A stretch of DNA of 64,000 nt from Heptranchias perlo (Eukaryota), in NCBI RefSeq assembly GCF_035084215.1, contig NC_090333.1, forward strand, positions 60,140,001 through 60,204,000, read 5' to 3'. The translations under genes and the position numbers were made by a program. Within the stretch, counting starts at the first letter, position 1. Every line of letters starts with the position of its first letter. The notes under the pieces are model-generated. The model made no database searches and had not been told where the DNA came from. It saw only the letters and a program-made list of their open reading frames with translations. Below, piece by piece: positions 63,552-64,000 of the stretch.

Positions 63552-64000
63552 CTGCACATTATTAAGCAATGGCAGGGAAAAAAAAGATTAATTTCCATTC
63601 TGTACACTGAAAATTTCTGTCAATGATCAACTGTCAATCAATCACTGTCTAAATTTGCTATTTTATAAATGGATCACACACAATGTTTATGATTATTAAA
63701 GTTATGTTTCTCTAAATATTAATTAAAATGAGATGATTTGCGGTGGCCTTTGCTCATGGATAGTCTGGGATCTAGATAGCAGTGTTTAACCTTGGGCATG
63801 ATCCCATTCTCAGCTGTGCAGCGGCACACAATATGGTGGGCAAGGGGTCAGGAGGTAGAACATTGCAAGTGGAACAGAGGCAGCTAGGAAGTGGAACACA
63901 GCAACACAATGAGTACAGAATTTTAAAATGAAAACCACTAGACCTCAAGAGAAGTGCTTGTCTAATAATATGGGGGGGGGGGGGGGAGGGCGAAGGCAAA

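Noticed and set aside
1-64000. CRISPR array or prokaryotic operon reading of the repeats
   Set aside because: Repeats are 255/261-nt spliced exons and multi-kb duplications with vertebrate TEs; there is no short repeat-spacer pattern.

Overview
Vertebrate genomic DNA, most likely a cartilaginous fish (inferred from CR1 LINEs, DeuSINE/SacSINE1-like SINEs, Penelope-like and Harbinger elements). The whole window lies inside one minus-strand gene. I can place 41 intact AG..GT exons of 255 or 261 nt, all phase 1-1, each encoding one cysteine-rich fibronectin type III domain of the FNDC7/fndc7-related type. Together they give 10,647 nt (about 3,549 aa), with no start, signal peptide, transmembrane segment or stop inside the window. 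The exons form a 9-exon super-repeat (types T1-T9, 779 aa, genomic period about 11-16 kb): three complete copies (U1 28946-44941, U2 17513-28429, U3 7619-16991), a partial copy running off the left edge (U4) and a divergent upstream copy (U0 46856-60810) that has a unique exon and lacks T8. Introns carry nested transposons. These include a Penelope element fused in frame into a CR1 RT, minimal hammerhead ribozyme motifs, a Harbinger element with related MITEs, and what looks like a decayed FN3 pseudo-exon. Coordinates were read by eye and no alignments or database searches were run.
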